This document shows, piece by piece, positions 38,868 through 48,770 of a DNA stretch of 64,000 nucleotides (position 1 is its first letter; the number at the start of each line of letters is the position of its first letter). This DNA comes from a plasmid: the sequence record NZ_CP024587.1; one strand, given 5' to 3'. A program made the position numbers and the translations under genes. The notes below the pieces were generated by a model. That model worked only from the letters and a program-made list of their open reading frames with translations, did not search any database and was not told the DNA's origin.

Positions 38868-39874
38868 GCGCCACCCTGAGGCAAGGCCAGGCCGGGGATG
38901 CGCCCGACCTGCGCTCCTACGACCACGTCGTCCTGTTCACCTCCGGCGGCAAGGACGCCACGGCGTGCCTGCTGCACCTGCTGGAGCAGGGCGTGGACCC
39001 GGCCCGCATCGAGCTGCACCACCACGAGGTGGACGGCCACGGAGCCACCTTCATGGACTGGCCGGTGACGGGCGCCTACGTCGCCGCCCAGGCGGAGGCC
39101 TTCGGCCTGCCGCTGTTCCGCTCCTGGCGCGAAGGCGGCTTCGAGCGGGAGATGCTGCGCCAGGATGCACCGACGGCGCCGATCCTGTTCGAGACGCCTC
39201 ATGGCCTCATGAGGGCAGGAGGCGCGGGGCCACGCAACACCCGGCTGCGGTTCCCCCAGGTCTCGGCCGACCTCTCGGTGCGCTGGTGCTCGGCCGCGCT
39301 CAAGATCGGCGTCGGCGCCGCCACGATCGCCGGTCAGGACCGCTTCCTGGGCCGCCGCACCCTGGTCGTGACCGGCGAGCGGGCGCAGGAAAGCGCGGCA
39401 CGGGCACGCTACGCCACCTTCGAGCCGCACCGCACCGACACGCGCGGCGGCACACGCCGGTCGCGTCATGTCGACCATTGGCGGCCGGTCCATGGCTGGG
39501 ACGAGGCCCGGGTCTGGGAGGCGCTGCGGCGCCACGGCGTGCGGCCGCACCCGGCCTATGAGCTGGGCTGGTCGAGGCTGTCCTGCATGGCCTGCATCTT
39601 CGGCTCGGCGGCGCAGTGGGCGACGATCCGCCATATCGCGCCAGCGCTGTTCGAGCGCATCGCGGCCTACGAGGAGCGGTTCGGCCGCACCATCCAGCGC
39701 GCCCGCTCGATCCGCGCCCTGGCCGATATTGGCCGTCCCTACCCGGTTGCCCTCGCCCGTCCCGACCTCGTGGCGCTTGCCCTGGGCGAGACCTGGGATC
39801 TGCCGATCCTGGGGTCGCCCTTGGCCTGGACCCTGCCAGCAGGCGCCTTCGGCGAGGCCGCCGGGCCTTCCTGA
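38864..39874 (+). CDS. PAPS-reductase-like (PP-loop ATPase) family protein
   Basis: PP-loop 'VVLFTSGGKDATACLL'. The GTG start overlaps the ardC stop. Confidence 0.65.
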   Translation: MSATLRQGQAGDAPDLRSYDHVVLFTSGGKDATACLLHLLEQGVDPARIELHHHEVDGHGATFMDWPVTGAYVAAQAEAFGLPLFRSWREGGFEREMLRQDAPTAPILFETPHGLMRAGGAGPRNTRLRFPQVSADLSVRWCSAALKIGVGAATIAGQDRFLGRRTLVVTGERAQESAARARYATFEPHRTDTRGGTRRSRHVDHWRPVHGWDEARVWEALRRHGVRPHPAYELGWSRLSCMACIFGSAAQWATIRHIAPALFERIAAYEERFGRTIQRARSIRALADIGRPYPVALARPDLVALALGETWDLPILGSPLAWTLPAGAFGEAAGPS

Positions 39875-40104
39875 CCATACCCCTGTTTCCACCCCCGCAC
39901 ACAAGGGAGGCCCCCATGGGCTGGCTCGTTTCCGATCGCCCCCTGACCCACGAAACCCCGGCCGCCTATCTGTCCCGGGAGTTCGCCTGCGCCAACGAGA
40001 CCAACCGCACGGAGGTGCTCGCCGCGAGCCAGGTGAAGGGTGCCGTCTACCTGGCGGTGCGCCACACCTCCCTCACAGGCGAGCGGGCTGGCCGCTCCTA
40101 CGTA

Positions 40105-41611
40105 GTCGGCCTTGAACAACGTCTTCAGGCTGTCGCCCCTGCGAGCAGGGTGCGGCCTGTCGGGACGCTGGCTTGGCTGATCGGGGTGAGGATTGCCTGT
40201 CGGAGGGCGGCGAGGAGAGCGGCCAAAAGGGCCCTGAGGTGGGCGAGGATCTTGCGGATGTTGTGGCCGCAGCCGCAGAGGACGGCGTAGAGAGCATCGC
40301 CGAGCGTGCCCTTGAGGGCGCAGCGGGCGAGGCGGCCATCGGTCTTCATGTGGCCGATCTCGGGCTCGATGGCGCTGCGGCGGCGGAGCAGCCGGCGCAG
40401 GCGGGGCGTGAGGCCGCGGCTGGTGCCGCTGACGAGCACCCTGGTTGCCGTGACGCCATGGCCGCGGTAGCCGCGATCGACCACGGCGAGGCTGGGACGC
40501 TGGCCGGTGAGGGTCTCGACCTGCTGGAGGGCGTCGGCGAGGGTGTGGCCGTCGTAGGGATTGCCGGGCTGGCTGCGCATGCCGACGACGAAGCCACCGG
40601 CGAGGGTGGTGGCGATGCTGACCTTCGTGCCGAACTCGTAGCGCACCCGCGCCTTGCCCTTGGCGATGCAGTCCACCTCGGGCTCGTGCAGGGCGTAGAG
40701 CTTGCGGGACGACTTCGGTGTCTGGAGCAGCAGGCGGGTGACGAGGGCGATGCGCTGCTCGATGCGCGCCCGCAGTGGCCCGTCAGGGACGGCGCCGAGC
40801 TTGCGTTCAACATCGCGCAGGATGCGGCCGGTGTAGCCCTTGAGCGTGCGCAACGCCTTGCGCATGCGGCGGAACTGCCGGGCGTGGGCGTAGCGCCCCA
40901 CCTGGCCGGCCAGGCGCGGCGCCAGGCGATTGTAGTTCTGGCGCAGGGCGATCCCGGCCTTGTGCGCCAGCGTCACCAGCGAGTGGCGGGCCCGCTCATA
41001 GAGGCGGCTGTCGGTCGGATGGGCGATGGCCTTCTCCATCACTGTGGTGTCCACTGCGATCTCGGCCAAGCTGTTCGACGTCACAGCTCCCGAAGCCTGA
41101 GCCGCCTCGATCGTCCTGGTCAGCAACCACTCGACACCTTCCTCACCGATGCGACCGCGCCAGCGGCTGAGAGAGGAGGGATGGATGGGCGCACGGTGCT
41201 GGAAGAAGGTCTCACCCGTGAAGTGCTGGAAGTACGGGTTCTCCACCCAGCGCGCGAGCACCGCCTCGTCGGAGAGGCCATGGGCGTGCTGGAGGTACAT
41301 CAGCCCGGCGACCAGACGCGGATGCGTGGCCGGCCGTCCCTCAGCGGCGGGGAAGAAGCCGGCCCATTCCCGCTCGAACCAGGACCAGTCGATCAGCGCC
41401 GCCAGCCGCACCAGTTCGTGCCGCCCATCGATCATGTCGACCAGCCGCGGCCGCAGCAGATCGGCCTGTTCCGGCGGGCGCGGGCGGTGCTTCATGCCCA
41501 CAAGATTCGCAGGGTTTGTCGTCGAAAACAATCGAACCCTGCAAATCCAGGTCGCCGAGCCCGGAAAATCTCACAGCTAGATCAGTGCCTTACGAGTTAT
41601 TCAAGGCCGAC
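40105..41611 (-). mobile_element. IS5/IS1182-family insertion sequence (about 1.5 kb)
   Basis: Terminal IRs GTCGGCCTTGAA / TTCAAGGCCGAC flanked on both sides by TACGTA. Contains an intact transposase. Confidence 0.65.
40125..41495 (-). CDS. IS5-family transposase (DUF772 N-domain plus DDE)
   Basis: 'LVRLAALIDWSWFEREWAGFF...THPRLVAGLMYLQHAHGLSDEAVLARWVENPYFQHF' and C-terminal 'RSAIEPEIGHMKTDGRLARCALKG'. Confidence 0.8.
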   Translation of the reverse strand: MKHRPRPPEQADLLRPRLVDMIDGRHELVRLAALIDWSWFEREWAGFFPAAEGRPATHPRLVAGLMYLQHAHGLSDEAVLARWVENPYFQHFTGETFFQHRAPIHPSSLSRWRGRIGEEGVEWLLTRTIEAAQASGAVTSNSLAEIAVDTTVMEKAIAHPTDSRLYERARHSLVTLAHKAGIALRQNYNRLAPRLAGQVGRYAHARQFRRMRKALRTLKGYTGRILRDVERKLGAVPDGPLRARIEQRIALVTRLLLQTPKSSRKLYALHEPEVDCIAKGKARVRYEFGTKVSIATTLAGGFVVGMRSQPGNPYDGHTLADALQQVETLTGQRPSLAVVDRGYRGHGVTATRVLVSGTSRGLTPRLRRLLRRRSAIEPEIGHMKTDGRLARCALKGTLGDALYAVLCGCGHNIRKILAHLRALLAALLAALRQAILTPISQASVPTGRTLLAGATA

Positions 41612-42241
41612 TACGTATTCTGCGCCGTCGTGCTCGTCTTCAACAACGCCCGGCAGGGCTTTGGCCGAAAGACCATGGACGAGAGCTGCGGCCCCTGTGA
41701 GGTCGACTGCCCGGCCCGGATCATGGCGCTGCTCTCGCCGATCGAGGACATCCCCAATCCTGGCTACGCAGCGGATTGGCGCGCACGGGTCGCCGCGGCG
41801 GCGGCCTTGCGCCGCGAGGCGACCGCCAGCGGCCGGAACCTCGATCCCGGACAGCGGATCAGCCTTACCCAGCAGATCAGCTTTGACGGCGGGCGGGTCG
41901 TCACGAGCGAGTTCGAGGTCGTGCCGACGCCGCCCGGCCGGCGCGGGCCGATCTTCCGGCCCGTGGGGCACGACTTCCTTTGCCGGGTGCCCCGTCACCT
42001 CCTAGCCACGGCGATGCACGTCGCGGGCGGCGCCGCTGACACAGCATCCCGGAGCATGCCGTGATCGCCCAGGCGGAGGTCCGGGACGGCAACACCAGCG
42101 AGGCGGGCCTGCGCCGCCTACGCCAGTCGGAGAGGACCGAGGCGTACCGGCGGATGGTGCTCATCCTCACGGTCGGCAGGAGCGAGACACAACCCGACCT
42201 GCTGCTGCCGTGACAGCGGGGCCAGCGTCTAAGCCTCCTGA

Positions 42242-42310
42242 AAGCCTGCAAGCCTGCAAGCCTGAGTTCGGGAAATCCCGAAAGAGGGAAAGCAGGAAAG
42301 CAGGAACGAG
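42242..42310. repeat. Tandem 8-bp repeats (AAGCCTGC x3) followed by TTCGGGAAATCCCGAA palindrome and GGAAAGCA repeats
   Basis: Read directly from the sequence; it shares the GGAAA(G)C / TTTCCCG motif vocabulary with the regions at about 25450-25730 and 48482-48533. Confidence 0.5.
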
Positions 42311-42759
42311 AGAATCAGGGGCGAGAAGCTGCTGGCATCCCGGCCGTCCCGGCACCGCTGCGCTCCATGGCCGGCAGCGCAACCCAGCCCGTCTGGGCCG
42401 CAACCCTGCGGGCCGCGTCCTGCGCCGGCCAGGGCCGCTCCCCGGCCATGGTGCCGGCCCGCCCGCGCTGCCCGCGGCGGAGGGGTCATAGGAACAGACC
42501 CACAGGAGGCTCCATGGGAAACAGGTACGAGGCCTGCCATTCGCACAGCCAGTTCCCCGGCACCGCCGTCACCGTGACCGCCCCCTGGCCGCTGCGCCAG
42601 AGCCCGCCGTCCTGGCTGGCCTGACAGCCTGAGCGGCACCTGAACGGCCCGCTCTCCCCGAAACCTCCGCCCCTCCTCCAACCACCGCATCGCACAGGTC
42701 ACCCGGTCGCCCGCATGGGCCGCCGGGCGGCCGCGCATGCGCGCTCGGGAACCCGCGCC

Positions 42760-45700
42760 ATGGCCAAGGCCAAGTCCTCCCTCGACCAGCTCAGCCTGTT
42801 CGACACCACCGCCCTGACCTCCTTCTCGCTCGACGGCGGCGGCTTCGGTACGCTGCTGCCGCCTCTCGATGCGACGGAGGAGGAGCCGGACGACGCGCCG
42901 ATCGCGCCCGCCGTGCCGCGCGTGGTCGCCCACGACTTCCGCCTCGCCGGCGACCGTGGCCTCGCCAGCAGCTGGAAGGCCCGTGCCGCAGGCAACCTCG
43001 CCGCCATCCGGCTGATGCAGCGCATCGAGGCCGAGACGCGTCCGGCGACCGCCGAGGAGCAGGCGGTGCTGGCGCGCTTCGTGGGCTACGGCGCCTCCGA
43101 CTTGGCCAACGCGCTGTTCCGCCGCCCCGGCGAGGCATGGCGGGAGGGCTGGGCCGAGCAGGGCGACGGGCTCGAGCAGGCCGTGTCCGCCGCGGAGCTG
43201 GCCAGCCTCGCCCGCTGCACGCAGTACGCACACTTCACCCCCGAATACGTCGTGCGCGCCGTCTGGGCCGGGCTGACCCGGCTCGGCTTCCGTCAGGGCA
43301 GCATCCTGGAGCCCGGTTGCGGCACCGGCCTGTTCCTGGCCCTGCGGCCGGAGGGGATGGCGGACTGCTCCACCGTGACCGGGATTGAGATGGACACGGT
43401 CACCGCCCGTATCGCGGCGCTGCTCCATCCGAAGGCCTGGATCCGCCAGGAGGACTTCACCCGCGCCCGTATCCCCGAGACCTTCGACCTCGCCCTCGGC
43501 AACCCGCCCTTCTCGGACCGCACGGTGCGGGCCGACGACCCGGCCGGCAAGCTCGGCCTCAAGCTGCACGACTACTTCATCGCCCGTGCCGTCGAGCGCC
43601 TGAAGCCCGGCGGATTGGCCGCCTTCGTCACCAGCCACGGCACGCTGGACAAGGTGGACCCCAAGGCACGCGAGCACATCGCGGGGATGGCCGACCTGGT
43701 GGGCGCGATCCGCCTGCCCGCCGGCAGCTTCGCCGCGGCCGCCGGCACCGACGTCGTGGTGGACATCCTGTTCCTGCAGCGCCGCGAGCGCGGTGCCGAG
43801 CCGAACGGGGTGGAATGGGCCCATCTCGCGGAGGTGGTCCCGGCCGAAGCCGGCGAGGCGGCGATCCACGTCAACGCCTGGTTCGCCGCGCACCCGGAGA
43901 CGGTGCTGGGCCGCCACGGATGGACCACCGGCCCGTTCGGCCTGGCCTACGACTGTGCCCGCGACGGACGTGACCTGGACGCCGCCCTGGCCGAAGCCGT
44001 CGCCCGGCTGCCCCAAGGCATCCACCAGCCGCCGGCGGACGCCGTGGCGGCGCGCCCGGCGAGGACCGCCGCCCGGGCCGGCACCGCCGCCGAGGGTGCG
44101 ACGATCAAGGAGGGCTCCTACCTGATCGGCGAGGGTGGCGTGCTGTTGCAGGTGGTGGACGGCACCGCCGAGCCGGTCGCGGTGAAGTCCGGCAAGGGCA
44201 CGGTCGGCCTGTTCGCGAAGCACGCCCGCATCATCCGCGGCCTGATCCCGGTCCGCGAGGCGGTGCGCGGGGTGATCCGTGCCCAGGAGGCCGACCAGCC
44301 CTTCGGCGCCGCCCAGGTGCGGCTGCGGGCGGCCTATGGCAGCTTCGTGCGCGCCTTCGGGCCGATCAACCTCACCAACATCAGCACCAGCACGGATGAG
44401 GAAACGGGTGAGGTCCGCGAGACCGTGCGCCGGCCCAACCTGCAGCCCTTCCTCGATGACCCGGATTGCTGGCTGGTCTCCTCGATCGAGGAGTACGATC
44501 CCGAGACCGGCACCGCCCGCAAGGGGCCGATCTTCACCGAGCGGGTGATCCACGCCCCGGCCGAGCCGATGATCGTCTCGGCCGCCGACGCGCTGGCCGT
44601 GACGCTGGCCGAGCGTGGCGTGGTGGACCTAGCCCATGCCTGCGACCTCCTCGGCCGCGACCGCGAGACGGTGCTGGCCGAGCTGGGCGACACCGTGTTC
44701 CTCGATCCTGACCTGACCACCGAGGGCTTCGAGGCCTGGCAGACCGCCGACGAGTACCTGTCGGGGCAGGTCCGCCGCAAGCTCGCCGCGGCCCGTGCCG
44801 CCGCGACGCTGGATGCGCGCTACGCCCGCAACGTCGTGGCGCTGGAGCGGGTGCAGCCCGAGGACCTGCGCCCCTCCGACATCACCGCCCGCCTCGGCGC
44901 CCCCTGGATCCCGGCCCGGGACGTCGCGGCCTTCATCCAGGAGGTGATCGGGGTGGAGACGCCGGTCCGTCACACCGTCGAGGTGGCGCATTGGAGCATC
45001 GACGTCCACCGTTTCGTGGGGCTGGCCTCCGCCACCTCGGAGTGGGGGACGCACCGCCGCCACGCGGGCGAATTGCTGGACGATGCCCTGAATGCCTCGA
45101 TCCCGCAGATCTGGGACGTGTGGCGGGACGCCGAGGGCGAGCACCGGCAGCTCAACGCCCAGGAAACCGAGGCGGTGAAGGACAAGCTGGCGAAGATCAA
45201 GGACGCCTTCGAGCGTTGGGTCTGGACCGACAGCGACCGCGCCGAGCGACTGGTCCGCCTGTATAATGACGCCTTCAACAGCCTGGTTCCCCGGCACTTC
45301 TCGGGCGAGCACCTGCAGCTGCCGGGCGCCTCCACGGTGATCCAGCTGCGCCCGCACCAGAAGCGTGTCGTCTGGCGCATCGTCGCCTCGGGGCAGACCT
45401 ACGTCGCCCACGCGGTCGGCGCCGGCAAGACCTTCACCATCGCCGCCGCGATCATGGAGCAGAAGCGCCTCGGCCTGATCTCCAAGGCCATGCTGGCCGT
45501 GCCCGGCCACTGCCTGGCCCAGGCCTCGCGCGAGTTCCTGCAACTCTATCCGGGTGCCCGCATCCTGGTGGCCGACGAGACCAACTTCTCCAAGGACAAG
45601 CGCGCGCGCTTCCTGGCCCGGGCGGCCACCGCCAACTGGGACTGCATCATCATCACCCACTCGGCCTTCAAGTTCATCGCCGCCCCGGCCGCGTTCGAGC

Positions 45701-47832
45701 GTGGTCTCGTACAGGACCAGCTCGATGCCTACGCGGCCCTGCTGGAGAAGCTCGATGGCGACGACCGCATCGCCCGCAAGCGCATCGAGCGCATGAAGGA
45801 AGGCATGCAGGAGAAGCTCGAAGCGCTCGCCTCGGCCAAGGACGACATGCTGACCATCGCCGAGATGGGCGTCGACCAGGTGATCGCCGACGAGGCACAG
45901 GAGTTCCGGAAGCTCTCCTTCGCCACCAACATGGGCAACCTCAAGGGCATCGCCCCGGACGGCTCGCAGCGCGCCTGGGATCTGTTCGTGAAGTCACGCT
46001 TCGTGGCGACCGTGAACCCGGGCCGGGCGCTGATCCTCGCCTCCGGCACTCCCATCACCAATACCCTGGGCGAGATGTTCACCCTGCAGCGCTTCATGCA
46101 GCCGGAGATGCTGGAGGAGCGCGGCATCCAGGAGTTCGACGCCTGGGCCGCCAACTTCGGGGACACGCGCACCGAGCTGGAGCTGCAGCCCTCGGGCCTC
46201 TACAAGCCGGTGACCCGCTTCTCGGAGTTCGTCAACGTCGCCGACCTGATCGCCATGTTCCGCTCGGTCGCGGACGTCGTGCTCAAGGACGACCTGCGCC
46301 AGTACCTGAAGCTGCCCGCCATCCAGGGCGGCCGGCGCCAGATCGTCACCGCCCCCGCCAGCCCGGCCTTCCGGGACTACCAGAGCGCCCTCGCGGCGCG
46401 CATCAAGGCCATCGAGGCGCGCAAGGGCAAGCCCCAGAAGGGCGAGGACATCCTGCTCTCGGTCATCACCGATGGCCGCCATGCCGCCATCGACCTGCGT
46501 TTCGTCGTGGCGGAGGCGGAGGATGACCCCGGCAACAAGCTCAACGCGCTGATCGACAACGCCTTCCGCATCTGGTCGGAGACGCGCGGCAAGGTCTTCC
46601 GCAACCCGGACGGCACGCCGCACCCGACCCCCGGTGCCACGCAGATGATCTTCTCCGACCTCGGCACCGAAGGGGCAGCGGCGACGCGGGGCTTCTCGGC
46701 CTACCGCTGGATCCGGCAGCGCCTGATCGGCCTCGGCGTGCCGGCCGAGCGCATCGCCTTCATGCAGGACTACAAGAAGGCCGAGGCCAAGCAGGGCCTG
46801 TTCACCAAGCTGAACAACGGCCAGGTGGATTTCCTGCTCGGTTCCTCGGCCACCATGGGAACGGGGGTGAACGCCCAACGCCGGCTGGTGGCGCTGCATC
46901 ACCTCGACGTGCCCTGGCTGCCCTCCGAGATCGAGCAGCGCGAGGGCCGTATCGAGCGGCAGGGCAACCAGAACGACGAGATCGGCCTCTACGCCTACGC
47001 GACCCTGGGCTCGATGGACGCCCAGATGTGGCAGAACAACGAGCGCAAGGCGCGCTTCATCGCGGCGGCGCTGGGCGGCGACCGCTCGATCCGCCGGCTG
47101 GAGGATATCGGCTCCCAGGCGAACCAGTTCGCGATGGCCAAGGCCATCGCCTCGGGCGACCCCCGCCTGATGCAGAAGGCTGGGCTGGAGGCCGAGATCG
47201 CCCGGCTGCAGCGCCAACGGGCGGCGCATTTCGACGACCAGCACGCGGTGCGGCGGCGCGTCGCCGAGGCGCGCTCGGCCATCGGCCGTGCCACCCAGGC
47301 CATCACCGACACCGAGGCGGACCTCGCGCGCCGGGTATCGACCCGGGGCGAGGAGTTCCGCATGGAGGTGCAGGGCAGGACCTTCGCCGAACGCAAGGAG
47401 GCGGGGGCCGCACTGCTGAGGATCCTGCGCACTGTGCAGTTCGAGGGCCGCCAGGGCGATTGGGAGCTCGGCGCGGTCGGCGGCTTTCCGCTGACGCTGG
47501 AGGCCCGCCGTTACCGCCAGGGGGCCGATCTGGACATCCACCTGCTGCTGGGCCGCGCCTACGGCCAGCAGGAGATCCAGGTGGAGGACGACCTGTCCGC
47601 GCTCGGACTGGTGGCCCGGCTCGAATACGCCCTGGGACGCTTCGAGGCGGAATTGGCCGGGCACCGGCGGGACCTGGAGGAAGCCGAGCGCCGGCTGCCG
47701 GCCTACCAGGCCCGGCTGGGCGACGCCTTCGAGTTCCAGGCCGAGCTGGATGCCAAGCTGGCTGAAATGCAGGCACTGGAGGCGGATCTGGCGCAGAGTG
47801 GCAAGGAGGAGGCGGTTGCCGCGGCGGCATGA
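42760..47832 (+). CDS. Large methyltransferase-SNF2/DEAD helicase fusion (about 1,690 aa)
   Basis: N-terminal N6-adenine/N4-cytosine MTase motifs 'ILEPGCGTGLF' (motif I) and 'LGNPPF' (motif IV). Central helicase 'LRPHQKRVVWRI...AHAVGAGKTF' (motif I), 'ADEAQEFRKL' (DEAQ). C-terminal helicase 'QGLFTKLNNGQVDFLLGSSATMGTGVNAQRRLVALHHLDVPW'. Confidence 0.85.
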   Translation: MAKAKSSLDQLSLFDTTALTSFSLDGGGFGTLLPPLDATEEEPDDAPIAPAVPRVVAHDFRLAGDRGLASSWKARAAGNLAAIRLMQRIEAETRPATAEEQAVLARFVGYGASDLANALFRRPGEAWREGWAEQGDGLEQAVSAAELASLARCTQYAHFTPEYVVRAVWAGLTRLGFRQGSILEPGCGTGLFLALRPEGMADCSTVTGIEMDTVTARIAALLHPKAWIRQEDFTRARIPETFDLALGNPPFSDRTVRADDPAGKLGLKLHDYFIARAVERLKPGGLAAFVTSHGTLDKVDPKAREHIAGMADLVGAIRLPAGSFAAAAGTDVVVDILFLQRRERGAEPNGVEWAHLAEVVPAEAGEAAIHVNAWFAAHPETVLGRHGWTTGPFGLAYDCARDGRDLDAALAEAVARLPQGIHQPPADAVAARPARTAARAGTAAEGATIKEGSYLIGEGGVLLQVVDGTAEPVAVKSGKGTVGLFAKHARIIRGLIPVREAVRGVIRAQEADQPFGAAQVRLRAAYGSFVRAFGPINLTNISTSTDEETGEVRETVRRPNLQPFLDDPDCWLVSSIEEYDPETGTARKGPIFTERVIHAPAEPMIVSAADALAVTLAERGVVDLAHACDLLGRDRETVLAELGDTVFLDPDLTTEGFEAWQTADEYLSGQVRRKLAAARAAATLDARYARNVVALERVQPEDLRPSDITARLGAPWIPARDVAAFIQEVIGVETPVRHTVEVAHWSIDVHRFVGLASATSEWGTHRRHAGELLDDALNASIPQIWDVWRDAEGEHRQLNAQETEAVKDKLAKIKDAFERWVWTDSDRAERLVRLYNDAFNSLVPRHFSGEHLQLPGASTVIQLRPHQKRVVWRIVASGQTYVAHAVGAGKTFTIAAAIMEQKRLGLISKAMLAVPGHCLAQASREFLQLYPGARILVADETNFSKDKRARFLARAATANWDCIIITHSAFKFIAAPAAFERGLVQDQLDAYAALLEKLDGDDRIARKRIERMKEGMQEKLEALASAKDDMLTIAEMGVDQVIADEAQEFRKLSFATNMGNLKGIAPDGSQRAWDLFVKSRFVATVNPGRALILASGTPITNTLGEMFTLQRFMQPEMLEERGIQEFDAWAANFGDTRTELELQPSGLYKPVTRFSEFVNVADLIAMFRSVADVVLKDDLRQYLKLPAIQGGRRQIVTAPASPAFRDYQSALAARIKAIEARKGKPQKGEDILLSVITDGRHAAIDLRFVVAEAEDDPGNKLNALIDNAFRIWSETRGKVFRNPDGTPHPTPGATQMIFSDLGTEGAAATRGFSAYRWIRQRLIGLGVPAERIAFMQDYKKAEAKQGLFTKLNNGQVDFLLGSSATMGTGVNAQRRLVALHHLDVPWLPSEIEQREGRIERQGNQNDEIGLYAYATLGSMDAQMWQNNERKARFIAAALGGDRSIRRLEDIGSQANQFAMAKAIASGDPRLMQKAGLEAEIARLQRQRAAHFDDQHAVRRRVAEARSAIGRATQAITDTEADLARRVSTRGEEFRMEVQGRTFAERKEAGAALLRILRTVQFEGRQGDWELGAVGGFPLTLEARRYRQGADLDIHLLLGRAYGQQEIQVEDDLSALGLVARLEYALGRFEAELAGHRRDLEEAERRLPAYQARLGDAFEFQAELDAKLAEMQALEADLAQSGKEEAVAAAA

Positions 47833-47904
47833 CTGTCCATCCCGAATATCCATATTTTCTGGATATTCGGGATCCGGATCTCGGCCGCGAGGCGCTTGAA
47901 GCAG

Positions 47905-47991
47905 GCAGAGGAGGAGGAACGGGTACGTCTCGTCAGCGCGCGGCGGGCGACCAGGGCGGAACGGAGGGCCTACGAGGATGGCAGCGATCAG
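47905..47991 (+). pseudogene. Remnant of a BrnT (RelE-like, DUF497) toxin, only the C-terminal tail retained
   Basis: Frame upstream of brnA reads 'EEERVRLVSARRATRAERRAYEDG', matching the BrnT C-terminal consensus (xRIISARKATKxEReQY). It has no start and about 60 N-terminal residues are absent. It overlaps the brnA ATG as in intact brnTA operons. Confidence 0.45.
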
Positions 47992-48262
47992 TAAGGAGCA
48001 GCGCGAGCGCCTGGAACGGCTGGCCGCCGCGCCGGAGGATGAGATCGACACCACGGACATTCCGGAAGTCCGGGACTGGTCCGATGCGGTGCGCGGCGGC
48101 CTCCACAGGCCGCGCAAGGAAGCCATCACGATCCGGCTGGATGCGGATGTGCTGGCCTGGTTCAGGGAGCACGTCCAATCGGGCCGGGGCTATCAGACCG
48201 AGATCAACCGAGTGCTACGCAAGCATGTGCGGAATGCCGCGAAGGGGGGCAAGACCCTGTAG
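47978..48262 (+). CDS. brnA: BrnA-family antitoxin (orphan)
   Basis: 'EDEIDTTDIPEVRDWSDAVRG...RKEAITIRLDADVLAWFREHVQSGRGYQTEINRVLRKHV' matches BrnA. Confidence 0.65.
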   Translation: MAAISKEQRERLERLAAAPEDEIDTTDIPEVRDWSDAVRGGLHRPRKEAITIRLDADVLAWFREHVQSGRGYQTEINRVLRKHVRNAAKGGKTL

Positions 48263-48481
48263 CTCGGCCTTGGACCGGCCGTGCAAAAAGAAAGGCGGCG
48301 CCCGAGGGTGCCGCCCAAGTTTAGGGAGGAAACGTCCAAGTAAGGCGGCAACCCAGCGGGTGCCGTGTCGCCGCACCCCGCACCATGACCCAGGCTGCCC
48401 TTCGGGTCCAATCAAATGACGCGCCGCAGCAGAACGGGCCGAGCCGGTGTCCTCGTGCTCCGCTCTCATGCCTGGGATGTT

Positions 48482-48533
48482 GGAAAGCCGGAAAGCCGGA
48501 AAGCGGGAAATCGGGAAACACGGAAAGCGGGGG
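48482..48533. repeat. Tandem 8-bp repeat array (C/G)GGAAA(G/T)C, about 6 units, upstream of the parB-like gene
   Basis: GGAAAGCC GGAAAGCC GGAAAGCG GGAAATCG GGAAACAC GGAAAGCG. ORF 48416-48925 is merely its translation. Confidence 0.55.
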
Positions 48534-48770
48534 AGAGGAGGAGCAGGAGCGCTGGCATCCGGGCACCGCCCGGCACCGCTTCGCTCCACGGCCGCCTGCG
48601 CAGCCCTGCCCCGCTGGGCCGCAGCCCGCCCTGCCGGGCTGGGCCGCGTCCGGCGACGGGTCAGGGCCGCTCGCCCGCCGTGGTGCCGGACGGCCCCCGG
48701 CCGCCGGCGTGGGAGGGGTCAGCCCAGGAATGGGGTGACGGGAACCCCGGTCCGGAGAGCCACTCTCGCC

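Larger units (their letters stand above)
39916..42064 (+). pseudogene. Hypothetical leading-region gene split by an IS5-family insertion (N-part 39916 to about 40104, C-part about 41612 to 42064)
   Basis: Removing the IS restores a continuous frame '...GERAGRSYV|FCAVVLVFNNARQGFGRK...'. Confidence 0.5.

Noticed and set aside
40173-42005. 610-aa + strand ORF
   Set aside because: Antisense to the IS5 transposase, low-complexity, no motifs.
42514-42624. 36-aa ORF with strong AGGAGG SD upstream of the MTase-helicase gene
   Set aside because: It is too short and unconserved to call. It is mentioned only as a possible leader peptide.
48482-48533. CRISPR array
   Set aside because: The repeats are 8-bp units in direct tandem without spacers, and no cas genes are present.
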